Assembly (NCBI GenBank): GCA_050084515.1
Contig: CM114271.1
Coordinates: forward strand, 30,318,001 to 30,382,000
Length of the DNA stretch: 64,000 nucleotides
Source: Blasia pusilla
Taxonomy: Eukaryota
Direction of reading: 5' to 3'
Positions 1 to 14,126 of the stretch are shown in pieces. The position numbers and the translations under genes are program-made. How positions within the stretch are numbered: position 1 is the stretch's first letter; each line of letters opens with the position of its first letter. The notes beneath the pieces are model-generated. The model saw only the letters and a program-made list of their open reading frames with translations. It did no database searches and was not told the DNA's origin.

Positions 1-2507
1 TCAATCAGCTTCTTGCCGAGATTGGGTTGCAACGCTGCTTAGCCGAATTCCATTTCCGTCTTCTCTGCATCAGGGTTTCTCTATCTGATAGAGTTTTGAC
101 CTCTTTGTTTGTACGATGGGTTTTCCACCCCTTCTCTTGTCGAGGTGCCTCTATTGAATGTGAGCTGACAATTTAGTGCGCGTGGATTGAAGCAAATATC
201 GTTGCTTCCAGCTAGAAACCATACGCTAACTCCGTTGCCACTCACCGCTCTTGAAGGTCTTTAGTCAATAATGCCAGAAGTTTCAACAATCAAAGGATGG
301 CCAGAATGGATGAGACCCCAGATGCTCAGAGACTCAAGAGGAAACAAGAGAACTTGCCACGGAAACCAAGTGAAGAAATTTCTAGCAGAATCTTAACACC
401 GGTGAAAATGGGTGTTCGTTTCCAAGTTACCATGAGACGATAAACTTGAACAACGCGCCACCCTGGAGGATTTCTGGCTAAGAGAATCACCTGTGTTCAC
501 TTCAACATGCACATCGAGCACTCTGGAGAAACATCTGTCAGCGACTTTATTCATTGTGTGCAGAAGGAAACTCTTAACGTCGCTGAGCTGAGTGGAAATG
601 TATTCCCTACTCATTGGGAGGATTTCTTTCCTAGATGATATGATATTGCACTTTTCTTTCCCGTGAATGTTTTAAAACCTGAACTGCGTACTTGCTACGT
701 CCACTTTATAGCTGCCAACGAGAAGGGCTCAGACTAACTAAATGCGCTTTAGCCCACTGGACAAGTTCGCTGCTCGAGGGGAAATACAGTGGCATCAGCA
801 GTCGATCCACTACCAAATTAGACAGCTTCAAGCACAAGCTAAACACGGGACAATTTCGGTACTCGACCAGATTGGGACTACAGGATTACAGTACGTTTGT
901 GGGCTTGAGATGAGGAGCAGGTAAACTGAAAAGGTTGAACACCTACATTTTGGACGGACTACCTCCCGGCCTCGAACCCCCGGCTTTATAACAAGCTTCG
1001 ATTGGAACCCGTGGATTACAGCGCCAATACTCTTCCCTGTCTGACTGCAGGTGTCAAATTCCTATCTCAAACCAACGTCGTATAAGACACGCATTCGCAA
1101 CAGCATGAGACGGAAAGCGTGGAGATTTTCTAGCAGCACTTCACCCTCACTTTGGTGGATTTGTACAAAATAGTTGGAAAAACATGTCCAAGTACATCAC
1201 TCACTCACCCGCTTCGCTGCCTTCCACGGTACTAGCCCTAGACCTCAAAATTCCAGGCAGCCCTTCAATCGAGGAAACTCTATTGCTCTTCGACTTTTGT
1301 CACCAATGTACATGTGTACATTGTTAGACTCAAAGCTTCGTCTCTCTTCAGACCACGAATCTCCGCCTTCTTGTGTGGGAGAGTCTCGTACAATTCCAAC
1401 TTGGCTAAATTGCTTTGAGTGTTTCCTCCACCCACAGGGGTTTGACTGGAGGTGTCTCCGGACTGTACAGAACACTGTCCTTCGCGGTCTGCAGCTATAC
1501 ATATTGCCTAAAATTGGGCAATGACACGCGACATTTCCCTTTCGCTTCTGCTCAGCATGTTGTATTGAGGTTAACATTACATTCACATCCCATGAAAGGG
1601 AGATGGCTTCATTTGGGGAAATTTTCTCCAAACGTATTCTTACACTTCAGTTTCAGCCATGTCCATGTGGACTTTATCGATTCCTTAATCTTGTATTCGT
1701 ACTCGTACCGACTGTACTTCCAAACTCTCTTCGACCGTGCAGTGTCCTTACCCCGCTCCATGATGCCTTCCTCGTCTGCTTCGGATCCGCGCCAGCTATC
1801 AAGATGAGTCGCCTTCGCTTGTGAGCCTGAGATTCACAATATAACGAGAGGAGAGAATGGAAAGTGCGTCAGCTAAACTGAAGAATTGATGCATGTCGCA
1901 TACTTTCTAGTCGAACTGAAGGAGGAAAAGCACACCCCACGAGAACCAAAAGAACAGGACGACAACTTCACTTCCCGGAGTACGCACTGCATTGCTGACT
2001 CAAGGATAAGTCAGCTGCAAAAGGTCGTAGAACACAAAATATCAGCAATGGAGACAACTCCCGTCCACCAATTCTAGTGGCCTTCACAACCCTTGAAAAC
2101 CATCTCCTCCTCTCGCAAGAACGCGATCCCCAAGCTTGGATGCAGTCCAGAAACACCCCAACAGACAGATCTGACCGAAAAGGCACGCACTGGTTTCCAA
2201 TCACTGGCACCCCAAGAAACAGATGTCTGGCCTTAAGCATACAATGGCAGCATTCTAGGAATCGAAAGCGTAAACTAGTCGAGCAAGGCACATTCTCTCT
2301 ATCGTACCCCATTGTGCTTACGAAACCTCCACATCCTGGGCGTCCGAATTTTGGATTCGGTCAAGAATTCAAGATCCCAAAAATGCATCCACCAACTGTC
2401 AGCAACGCAGTAGTTCATTAACTCACCTCCTGGAAGATGGTGCTTCGGGAAACCCAAGCGGTAGACCTGCCAATCCCACCCACAATGCAAGACACGATCG
2501 TAAATCA

Positions 2508-2573
2508 TCCAAGGGATGCTTTACAGAACAATGAACACTCCAAGGGATGCTTTACTGAACAATGAACACTCCA
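2508..2573. repeat. 31-bp direct tandem duplication (2 copies + 4 bp)
   Basis: tccaagggatgctttac(a/t)gaacaatgaacac at 2508-2538 and 2539-2569, one mismatch. Confidence 0.9.
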
Positions 2574-5484
2574 GCACAGGGTGTTCACTCCTACGAGGCG
2601 CAATCGGCACCTCCTTCCTCGAGCACCGAGCATCTCAATTTCTTTCTCTTGTAGACAATCAGCATGCGACTACAGGATCGAAAGTAGCTACCGACGCTTA
2701 GACGGCCTAGCGGGGTTCACGAGAAAGGAATCACACTGGTCGTTATAGATCCATAGTGAACGCAAAACACCACCCAAAGCCTGCACTATGTCACGATCAT
2801 CTCCGATCCTCCCTCCCCTCAAGATCGAGCAGCCGACGCACTGGGATGCCGACGACTGCGAGATCTATTCATCCATGTATCCATACCTGGCTGACGCCGC
2901 AGACCAATTCCGTCGCAGCAGCAGTCAGCACCCAATTCCTCGTCGACTCCTCCTCCCTCTTTATGAGATGAAAATCTCTCTGTATCTCTCTTTGCGCGCG
3001 TCTGCTGCTCCCGAAATCAATCCCACCTACACCCTCACTACTCTCTTATGTATCCCCCGGAACCTGCTCTCGTCCCGTCCTCGCTCCCTTCCTCCCTCTG
3101 TGCACTCAAGCACCCGCTGATCATGTGATGATGACGAATGAATCCATGAAGAGAAGAGGAATGTACTCTCTCACGACCAACCAGCACAAATGCAATGCCA
3201 GCTCAAATCAACCGAAACCAAGTCAATCATCGTTCCTCTAAGCAATCGTTCCTCTCCTTCCCTTTTGGCCTACCCGGCGACCTCCGCTCTCTCAATTCAC
3301 TCCTCCTGCTTCCGCCCCTGCCCTCTCTCTTTTTCTCTCTCTCCCTCTGTCCGTGTCACTGTCTGTCTCACTCACTTCCTCCGGGGATTTCCGTAGAGCG
3401 GCGGTTTCTTCGGCTGAAAGAGCTGCTTCTCTTTGGGGCAGGGACAGGGGCAGGGAAGTGAGTGGGCTTAGCTTTGAGCTCCAGTCTCACGGCCCAAAAG
3501 GCGAGGGGTGATTCACCAGCGCTGACAACTGGGGCCTGGCCAAGGTGGCGACAAGTGTCCACCCTGGCGAGATTTAATTGGCGATCGCTGTCGGAGGATG
3601 CAAATGTCGCCACCTGGTGCTGAGCTGGTGGAGGGAACAGAGGAGCACATGAAAGAGGGGGGAACATACCATCACGCGCATACCGTAGCTATTTATTCAC
3701 GCCTTCGTACAGGAACCTTTAACGGAACACGTAGCTCGATACTGGCGCTCGGATGGGCATCTGAACGACTTCCACTCATCCACCTCCTTTACACCGAGTC
3801 CATATGTACTTATTCCTTTTTCTTGGACAGGTATACCTTTGTCGGGCCTTCTTCAGCGCAGGCGTTGGATCGCATATGACTGGCTAGTATTAACACCCGC
3901 GTGACGGTGGAGCCCGTATGCTTCGGATTCTCCAGCAGAAAACTGAAAAGACTGCACTCTTTAGTATGTATTCGAACGAAGAAAAAGATAGCCCGGATAA
4001 AACGGGGAGATGAAAAACTCGTGGATTCATTAAACTAGTGGTAGCACCGCGACTAGTCCTGTTGTGAAATTTTTATTTCTTTTTCCATAGGTCCATAGAG
4101 GGGAAAACATTTTTTGTTGTCACCAAATAGTAAATATTTTCTTGTTATCCAGTTGTCACACATCAAACAAAGAGGTGTTTGTAAATCAAGAAGGCATTCT
4201 CCAATAATAATGAGTAGCTGAAGGTCCTAAACAACTCCCAAGAAACGGAGTATATGTTTGTCATCCAAACATCAACTCATCATCATTTTCATCATGCCAA
4301 CAAACTTCAATTGCATCTTGCTTATCTAGTATGAGTTATAACTCAACCGGTTTGCATCTTCCTTGAATCTTCCAAATTGGTGTACCGCATAAAATTCATA
4401 CTCCCACAACAACAAAGCCCATATGGCAAGCTTCCGTATACACTTGAAAAACTCCATTTACCATTTAATTGGATGAGAGACTTATGAATGTATGAATTTG
4501 ACTCACATCCATAAGATGTGGAATGAATGAGATAGTCTCTATCTTCATTTGATAATCATTGAGTCCACCTAGGTATGCTATATGATCCATGTACTCAATT
4601 TGGTTTTAAAAGAACTTGCATTTGCCTATATGTAACTTCAACCCATATAATTTATTATAATCATCAAAATATGTTTGGAAGATATCATTGAAAATCCTCA
4701 ATCATGATACTAAAGACTATATTGGTATGAATGTACCTCCTAGAAAAATTTAAACCTTCCAAGATTCTATCTATGAGTCTCTAAAGCTCTACATGAATGT
4801 TATTTAACCTAAATGGTAAGAACTCCATTGGTACAAAAAGTCCTTCTCATGACAATCGATTCCCCAAAATATCATCTTCTGCTTATCCTCCAACTCGATA
4901 GGTATGAGGACGTGGAGGCATCCCCTGCCACCTTTAGATCTTTAACCTCCATCAAAGATCAGCTCAAGGTGAAGCCCGAAATATCTCTCACGTGTATGGC
5001 TACATGTCTAGTTATAATCACACTAAGATAAGGGTGGCCTATTCCTAAATCTTAAACCCTATCTTGAGCCACCTCATACATAGACTAATATAGTAGGAGA
5101 TGCCACCTGTAGTCCACTTTATTGTCAAAACTCTCGCGGACAATGTGATTCTCCACACAATGTCATCCACTAAGAAAAACTTGAGCCTTGCTGCCTAGTG
5201 TAAGCTAGAATATAATGGTTGTGGTCATGGTTTGCCGTATCTTCCCGTAGCCCTTGATCCCATGACTCTATCTCAAGCAAATTGAGTGTGTTGTAGCATT
5301 GATGAAGATTTTGTCACTCGTGTTGTCTACCTCAAAGATGACATGCCCATCGTCAACACTCTCTCCTCAAGTATGTTGAGCTCAATATGCTCCACCAAGA
5401 AAAATACATGAGAGTAGGTGAACCAACATGTAAGAGAGTCACATCCCACACTCTCTTTCACAACTCATGGTCTACCATTGCATA

Positions 5485-6994
5485 CATTAGAAGAAAAACA
5501 ACATTTTTATGACTCAAGCTTGCTTGACTCATACATTTAGTCATAAAGAAAAAGAATGACTCACTTAGTCTTCACATGGATTTTGAGTCATAATGAGTCA
5601 GAAGCTAGTGATAGAGTATGACTCACGAGTCATAAGAACTTGAAAATTAGAAAGGGCTCACTTGAGTCATAAAAGCTATCCCATCTAGATAATCATTGCA
5701 GGTTGGACTAGAATAGAACTTGCTAAAGTAGAGACCTATTTCTAAAGAAATGAATAGATTAAAAGCCACATGATCAATGCATTTATAATGAAACCAGACC
5801 AGAAGGTAGTTTGAAAACCATTACGCAAGACTCGCTGAAAAGAAAAAAAAACATATTTAGAAGGTAATCACTTCTTCTGAAGTTATAGATCTGGTTGCAT
5901 ATAATCCTGGAGGAAATGTCAATAGAGCAGAATGAATGAATCAATCTACTCGTTTCTTAAGGTGGATTTTAGGCCAAAGTACTAAGGAGCCAACTGCATC
6001 ACCTAAAATATATTGGCATGGCTCATCGTGCTCATTACCTTGCCGTAATTTGAATTCTGGCTCCAAAACACTTGTCAAGTTCACAGGAACTACACCACAT
6101 GGGATCTCCTTCCCATGGAATAGATCCCTACCTGCCAAGCCTGTAACTAATCCATAAGCAATAATTTGGCGGGTTTTTCTCGTCTCGCTTAAGGAGACGT
6201 GATCACCAATAAATTGGGATCGGTTGGTTATGATTTGTCTTGATTGAGAGTCAAAAGTGTAAAAAATGACTCACTAAGTCCCAAATTAGTGATTGAATAA
6301 GTCATTATTAAAATTTCACTTTGAAGTCAAGGAGTCATATGACTATAGGATGAGTCATAACATTGAAGTGAAAAGGGTCATGATATGTCTCGGTGATGAG
6401 TCAAACGATCACTAGTGACTCACTCAATCACAATGCTAAAATTGTAGTCATGGCCTGACTCATTGAGTCATCAAAATTTGAAGTCTCAGTCAATAAATGA
6501 CTCTACGGAACACAAAATATCTCCATGAGTCCTACATATTGACCTTTTTGAATCATCCAATGACTCAATGAGTCAAAGCATTGAACAATTTGTACACATT
6601 CATGACTCAGTAAGTCATATATTTTGAAAATATGAGTCATAAGATGACTCAACCAGGCTTGACACATACAAAAGTTCAATCACATAATCACTCAATGAGT
6701 CATTTACTTTATACACTTTGAGTCATCTACTAACTCAATAAGAAGTGACATGGCATTCCATGTCAACAATGACGTGTCGTATTTTCTCCATGTCACGTGT
6801 ATGGTCCAAACCAGACATTAGTCATTTATGGATGACTGAGAAAGAATAAATAACTCAAGTCAACTTAGTCATTGTAATATATGACTTGTCTTTTAAGATT
6901 GGTGGAGCCACTAGTCATTCTCAATCATACTTTGCACAATATGACTCTAGCGAGTCATTCTTTCTAGTCATAAAAGTGATATTTTCTTCTAGTG
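5485..6994. mobile_element. Non-autonomous CACTA (En/Spm) DNA transposon, 1510 bp
   Basis: Left TIR cattagaagaaaaacaacatttttatgact (CACTA mutated to CATTA); right TIR reverse-complements to cactagaagaaaatatcacttttatgact; 3-bp TSD ATA on both sides (5482-5484, 6995-6997); about 20 TGACTCA/TGAGTCA subterminal motifs. Confidence 0.9.
5941..6138 (-). pseudogene. C-terminal remnant of a CACTA TNP1/TnpA-like protein
   Basis: HGKEIPCGVVPVNLTSV...ILGDAVGSLVLWP resembles the C-terminal domain of En/Spm TNP1-like proteins; it lies in the motif-free core of the CACTA element. Confidence 0.55.
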
Positions 6995-9900
6995 ATATCA
7001 AAATTGAGTTGTGTACGCCTTTGATCCATTACACCATGAGTCGTCATGATCAATAGTTGAAACTGTGCATAGGCCACTCGTAGACTCTCCCCTGCTCTCC
7101 ATTGAAGCTTATGAATTAACTTCAACTTTTCGGTCCTCATCCCTTGATAGCTCCTTTCTAACTCTCATACGAACTCAACTAGTGGGTTGAACATGGGAGG
7201 TACTCAACTGGCCCTAGTTATGATGTTTAGATTGAAAACTCCTCCATGTATATCCTCCATACAGATATTGGGTGCCATTATAGTCGCCACATCATACATC
7301 GCACACCATGTGAGTGACACATACCTTAGAGACCAAAATAGTCTCCATGACTTGATCTCCACATCATGGAGATCCAAAACTTGTAATAATCATCTATTAG
7401 AGAGCCCTCCAAATGCTGAAAAAGTTCCTTCCATACCATGAAGGGGGTCAAATCCCTATTGGTTTAGCATCCTCACCAATTGTCCAACTCCTTTATAAAA
7501 TCATCCAACTTGATGGTTCCTACCATGCTTGAGAACTGTCAAGTCCATAAGCATTGGGGTTCCCTTGTGGACATACAGGTATCCTGATCATCCATATCCC
7601 ACAACAATGGTCTGACAACACGTACATGGAAGTTGCTTTTATGAGTTATACAAAACACGATATTATCTTTAGATGAGAATTTTTGTGTAGTAGAAATGCA
7701 CGCACAAGCGCAACTAATTTCTTGTAGAAATTGAGTATTAGAAGAAAATCTACCATAGAAGGTTAGAACATTTGTGAACTTGATGTTTCATGTGATAGTT
7801 TATACGTCCAAATTTTTTCTTGGAACAATAATGTGTAGAAGCGCAAATTTTTTTTAGCAATTAAGTTATGGACTGTATAACAACCAATGTCACAAATAAG
7901 TCAAGAAAAAGATGTTAAAATTTCATGAGCTTGTAGATCTTTGAGTAGAGAATATGACTCAAAAAATGGTGCACAATTTCATTGAGGGTTGGAAAAATGA
8001 TAGCTATTTTTATGTCAAATATGGCCTTGGGAGGGAAAAAGACAAAATAAAGGTTGGTTTTTTAGTAAATTTTAAAATAAACCCATGGGCAGTAGCCATG
8101 TGCACACATCTAAGACATAACAACCATCTATCTGCCCTCACATCGACCATTCGTGAGGCCATTTGTCGATCGTTAAGAACAGTACGTTAGACCGATGATT
8201 TGAAAGTACCTTCTTATTGATATGGTTAATCCATACTTTTTGCTCATGGATATGTCATGTTTTATGGTAGCTTCTTTGAGTCGAGCATGACTCTCATAGC
8301 CTCAATGTATCGCCGATTTCCACATCATGCCACTTGTGGCTATGCCGCACCATTAATATTACTATCAGAAAGCCGCATTAATATTTAGGAGTAGGGTGCT
8401 TGCTAAGATGCCTCTTCTTGATTTTACTTCAATTTCGGATGATATGCCTCTCCATACCTGTAATCTACATAATGGAGGAAATATCTTGCAAGTAAATGGA
8501 ATTTGTGAGTCAATTAAGTTGGTTGACTCAAATGTTGATGAGCCAAAAAAACAACCTTCTAATATTGTTCCACGTACATGATGTTGATGAGCCTGTTGTG
8601 AGGACCTCTAATACTCTTCCAAGTATTTTTGGTATGAAGTTGGTCTTGATTAGTAAGTTAAAGTTCCTTTGAAGACTAACGGGGCATTAGAAATCAGAAT
8701 TGAAGAAGAAATATTTTACAGCTTAGGAGAGGATCGAGAGAAAAAGATATGGTAGGTAACTTGGAATATTCATGACATTATTGCTTTTCAAAGATTTAGC
8801 TCCAACTTTACTTTTGATGGTTTTGATGATGCATGGGTTCATATGAATTAATCGATATGAACTCTTTTTTGCATTGTAGAAGTTCATCTTTAATATGTCG
8901 ACTGTGACATTCTCTTGAAGTATTCCTAACAATGGTTGGAGCATTATAATGGTAAAGGCTATAGTCAGTTTAAATTTTTTTATGATATTCATGTATTAGC
9001 TAGAGGAGATTTCCCTATTTCTGATTCTGATACATTGTTGTAGCAGTTCATGATCAATGATGAGATTTTTTTTTAACTATGGGCTGAAAAAGTTGGTTGC
9101 ATGACGGGATGAGAAGAATATCTGCAAAAGCACGTAGAAATAAATGGCACATTACATTAATTCCTCTCGGATGTGTTAAGGCGGATTTTCTACACATCAA
9201 TGATCCATAAGTAGAACTTCCATTTCCAAATATGGGAGATGATCCTCCTCAAACACTCTTGAAGCATGCTTTGAATACTTCTATTCTCTTGTTTAAGAGA
9301 TCTATAAAAAAAGTGCCCCACACCTTGAGAAGCTAACTTTTAGTTGTAGTGCATATTCATAGTTTACTCAATCATTTTTTTAAACTTTTTTGTTATTGAG
9401 CTTTAATGTACTCTAGCATTTTTATTACAAAATATCTTGTGGTAGCTCTCTTCTGTTTAAAGGCACCACTTTAACTTCTCTTTTCAATTTGATTGAAAAT
9501 CAAACTGACAATTTTCAGTTTGATTGTATTTTATCTAAGTTTTTAGTCTGAATGTATTTGATCTCAATTTTCCTTGTGTAGGAGACATTGCCTTCTCTCT
9601 TATTATCCTCTTTTCTCAAAAAATTTTAATGGTATTTACTTTTGTAAATGTAAAAACCTATGGATTCCATAATACAAACCATAATTTATTCTATCCTTAT
9701 GGATTGCAATAAGGAAAAAAATTTAGCTAGTAACAAAAACAAAGTAGAAGTAGTCACAAGATGAGTTTCTAGTCACTACTTTCAACTAGTAATAGCGACT
9801 ATACTTCAATATGTGTCAAGAATGGGATTGTATGGCAACTAGGATCAAGTATGCCCAAGATCAAAAGCCTTCAGTAGACATCTGTATAACTATTTTTAAG

Positions 9901-10266
9901 AGGAAACATAGATATGTGCATAAGTTAAATCCTTTCTTATTTATGTTCAATGACATATTACAACTAAACTTATTGGTAAAACCAATCATTAAGTAAAGAT
10001 TGCCACTATAAATTTAGTGTTAATAAGTGACTATATTATTAATTCACATATGCACATCATTTGTTGATTATGATCCTTATCATCCAACATGACATTTCCA
10101 TGTAACCATGTCGACATGGATTGTTGATATGTCATTTAATGACTAGAAATCTTAAACAATATAACTAGTCCTTTGATAATAAGTTTCTTTAGTATTTGGT
10201 CGTGATTGGTCCTTACTAACTAGATTTAGTGTTAATTTCTAGTGGGTAAGGAGTAACTTCCTTCTA

Positions 10267-10316
<50 letters not shown>
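10267..10316. repeat. Compound (GT)n(GA)n microsatellite
   Basis: Direct reading of the sequence. Confidence 0.95.
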
Positions 10317-10320
<4 letters not shown>

Positions 10321-10557
10321 CCCACTACTCCATCACGATGTCGGATTCCCTCAATGAGGCATGGAGAATCATCCAAATCCCAAACTCGATTGTAGTGTTC
10401 TTGGGGTACAACTCTTGTGGGATTTGAGCTCGTCTTAAGTTCCTCATTACATTTGATCATGCTATTCCAAGTCACAATCCTGATCATTTGAGATGCCCAT
10501 CTAAGTTTGCGTTTTGCTTTTGCAATTCATGCCTTGCTCGTGAGACTCCGATGCGTT

Positions 10558-11200
10558 TGTCACGTCCTTTAGGATAGATCGGTGAGATCTAGTAGAGCGT
10601 CTTCAAGAGTAGTGGAGGACAGGCCTAGGAGGTCGAGGATGACCTAGTGAGGCCCCAGGAAACTTGAGAGAGCAAGTTTCCCCTTCGTTTTGGCTCATTT
10701 GGAGCCATATTGAGGAACTTACTATTTTAGGTAAGTACCATTTTGAGTATATGATCGAATTTCTATTTTTGGTAAGTGGCCCCTGACCTCCTACATCAGG
10801 TTAAGAGCCAAGGAGGTGAATTGGGAGAATAGGTTACCATGGAGAGAGCTTGGGAGAGGGGAGGGGTGTATATCTTAAGGAGAGAGAGCTTGAGAACTCA
10901 TTCTCTCTTTGTTGAAGCTCTTGGCATGAGGCGGCGGAGTTATGGTCCCTTGCCTTATGAGTGTAATCCAAGCCTCTCATTAAGAGAGTGGGTTTGGTTT
11001 GACATGAGAGAGAGTGCACACCTTTGAGAGCTATGGTATGAGATTGTGTAGAGAGAGATTGGATCTTACTTTATTGGAGATATTTTGGTACTTCTTGTCT
11101 CGTTGTTTGGATGCCATGAGTTAGCATGGGATTGTGCGTGTTTGTGTGTATGTTCGGTGACAACGATGTATGTTGTATAGCGATGTGTATGCGCACGACA
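10558..11200 (+). mobile_element. Solo terminal repeat (B+A, 643 bp) of gypsy family 2
   Basis: TGTCA...CGACA ends; 4-bp TSD CGTT (10554-10557, 11201-11204); reverse complement is similar along its length to 56617-57259. Confidence 0.92.
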
Positions 11201-13266
11201 CGTTTCTATCTTACCATAATTCCACCAGGGTACATTTTAATATTCAAAATTGGTGTAAAATTTTGAATTTGGTTATGATGGTCATGACAAAAAGACTATG
11301 CTCATCTATTGGGATAAGACACATATGGCTCATAGTCATTCATTTGAGGGTGTGAATCAAACTATTCAAGATATTATGGGTTGTTTCTCCATAGTTGAGG
11401 CATGTGCCTTTTAGGGAAAATTATTCATCTTTGGTGTTGGTTTTTTCCAAGTGCCTCATGTGGTTCATCATGTATAGTGGCCATAAATTGTTCAAGCCAT
11501 GATAAAGAGATCCGACTTATGGTCTCAAGTTAAGGTCTTGCAACGTACGACCAACATCAGAGGAAAAAAAATTGAAGTAGCTTTTATTGAGTAGTAGTTG
11601 CAAGTGGGAGAAATTCTAATCTACATCACCTTCTTTTAGAAGATGAAATCATGGAATTATCACATAGTATGGTATGTAATATAGAAATGGTAAAAGATCT
11701 TATTCATATTATACATGGGAACTAACCAAAAAGGTTTCAAGATAGAGGCTTCTTGAAGGATACTACAATTTTGACTCTATGGAACAAAGATGTCAATGAT
11801 ATCAATGTTGAAGTGATGATCTAACTACATACGACATGTATTGATCATATATTTCATAATTTCTATTCCATTTATAATTCTATCATTTCTCAAGTGATTT
11901 CCTTGTTAATCTTATTCTTTATATTAAGTAACTTGAAACATATTTACCTACTTGAGTAATGACTTTCTCTTTGCTGAAAGTATGAGTCATATCTATCATA
12001 TTAAGTCCTTGATCATGAACACATATCTTTCCTCCTGAGTGCCTCACAATTGCAAGTGTTGTTTTGCATGGACAACTATATGTTATCTTATCTAGAATAA
12101 GTACAAGGAGTTGTATAAATATTTGTTAAGAAGGGATAAGAAGACATACATAACCTATTTGCACACAATATTATGTTCATAAAAACTAATAAAATATTCG
12201 TATGATTCACCATTTTGAAGAGGATAACCAAATACATATGGGCACAAAATGGGGATATTAAGTGTATTATAAATTTGAACGAATGATAGATGTCAAAAGA
12301 TGACAAGATGCAATTAGTTAGCATCAATGAGTGGAGATTTTGAAAACTAAAATATGGATCTACAATATAGATTTTCATAAAAAAATTCTTCCATGATCTT
12401 GTGATGTAAGATACCTTGCCCCACAAAAGAACCATACCAGTTAAAATTAGTAGATTTGTGATTCAAATCAAATTTAATTTATGCAAATAAAGGAAGATAA
12501 TTATATATAACTTCTTAGTACGGCTCTAAATATAATTGAAATTTTTAAATAACAATTTGTAGTTGTTTCACAACATCCCTTTAATCGAAATGTGCTCTCA
12601 CACATCCAATGCTACAATTGACCCTAAACTTCTTCATATTTTTAGTACTTTGTAATTATTTTTAGAAACACAATACGCATTTTGATAAATAACAGGTGTC
12701 TTATTGAGATTGGGTGGGAAATGGGGAAAGGGCCGCACACTTTAGGAATTTTAATTTTTAGGAAACATATGGGGGCCCCAAACAAGTAGAATTGTAAAAT
12801 TTTGATATCTTTTGATATCTCTTTTGGACTCACATCATCTAAAAAGTATTGAGATCATAATTTACAATGCAATCCAACCACAACCATAGGGGAATGCCCG
12901 ACTCTTCCTTTTCAAGGCCGGTTGTGGCCTTTGGATACTTGACTCTTTGAATCCCCCTCTTTTGTTTTTTTGGGGTTTTCCATCATGTATATTTATTGAA
13001 GTTCACCTCTTACCACAACCATGTAAACTAGTTAGGACCCGTGAGGGGACGGTGCGATGCACGTCATTCCACAGTGCCTAACCCTAAACGCCCCGGTCCC
13101 TTCCACGGTCCCTAACATCCGCCCCGTTCCGTTACTTGAATGCCCCCTACCTGAATGCCCATGCCATATATTTTGGATTAAAAGGAAAAATTATTAGGTG
13201 TCGAATTTGAAAACCACTACTGTGTAAATAGTATACTAGCATCTTACCCAGGGATGCACATGTGAA

Positions 13267-13478
13267 AAAATCTTGTAGTACCCTTAGTTCTTCTTATTAA
13301 CACTTAGTTAAAGTGAATACTGGGAAGCTTAAAAAGACCTTATGTGTCAAAATATGAGTGTTAATAAAAAGAACTAAGGGTACTAAGAGATTCTTTTTAA
13401 ACCCCTTAGTCCTTCTTATTAACACTTAGTTAAAGTGAATACGGGTAGCTTAAAAAAACTTACGTGTCAAAACATGAG
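13267..13478. repeat. Small foldback plus ~78-bp direct duplication upstream of HCS (MITE-like)
   Basis: agtacccttagttcttcttattaacact (~13277-13304) is inverted at ~13357-13384; cccttagt...gtgtcaaaa(t/c)atgag occurs at ~13281-13358 and ~13403-13478. Confidence 0.7.
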
Positions 13479-14126
13479 GAGGTTTCCCAAACCCCGTTCT
13501 CATGTGAGTGCCATTAGTGGAGCTTCTCCTCTGCCTTCGAAGAGTTGGCTCTACTGACAGCGACGAAGAGAGTGGCTTGACAATCATCATCAGATATCAT
13601 TTCGCGTAGAAGAGTGCAGCGAACAAGGTGGTGCCCTGTTTACCTTGCCATGTTCCAAACTCCGAGAGTCATTTTACCATGCTTCTTGGACTCGTTTGTT
13701 AACTGTTTCAGACACCGATCTATGATTAGAGTATCGGGGGGGACTCGCAGGTCGAATTAGATAACCCCTTCCAGATTTGAACACAGATTTTGAGGTTTAG
13801 ATTGGGCTCCGAGTGACTTGGACACTGATGTGATTCGCGGTGAAGGATTTTCAGAGCATGGGTTGATGCATGTGAGGAATCTCGGGTGCTGATTTGTATG
13901 TGATTTGAGCTCTCTCGGGTTGGACGAAGGATTATTCATCTGTTTTTTTGTGGTGGGGTGAGGCTTAGTTATTTATGCGCAGGATTTAGGGTTTAGAGGG
14001 TTTTGAAATCTGAGTGCGTGCTGTGAACAAATTGATTCGTGAGTGACTCGGTCGGAAGGTGCTGTCGAGACAGAATACATGGACGTAGGACTTGAACACT
14101 AGTAGACGGAGGATACGCAGCTTCGA

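Larger units (their letters stand above)
4230..7620 (-). mobile_element. Old, heavily decayed relic of the same Ty3/gypsy group (RT/RNase H-end and gag fragments), interrupted by a CACTA element; boundaries approximate
   Basis: 4570-4650 aligns by eye to RT DNA at 43700-43790; 4811-4893 to 43940-44030; 4400-4436 to the RNase H end at 43138-43175; 7410-7525 to gag at 37740-37860. Strong C>T/G>A drift, no open frames. Confidence 0.7.

Noticed and set aside
5500-6960. CRISPR-like array from recurring TGACTCA motifs
   Set aside because: Motifs are 7 bp, irregularly spaced, in both orientations, and lie within CACTA TIRs.
7950-9500. AT-rich decayed ORF fragments, possibly a DNA transposon
   Set aside because: No diagnostic motif or termini identifiable by eye.
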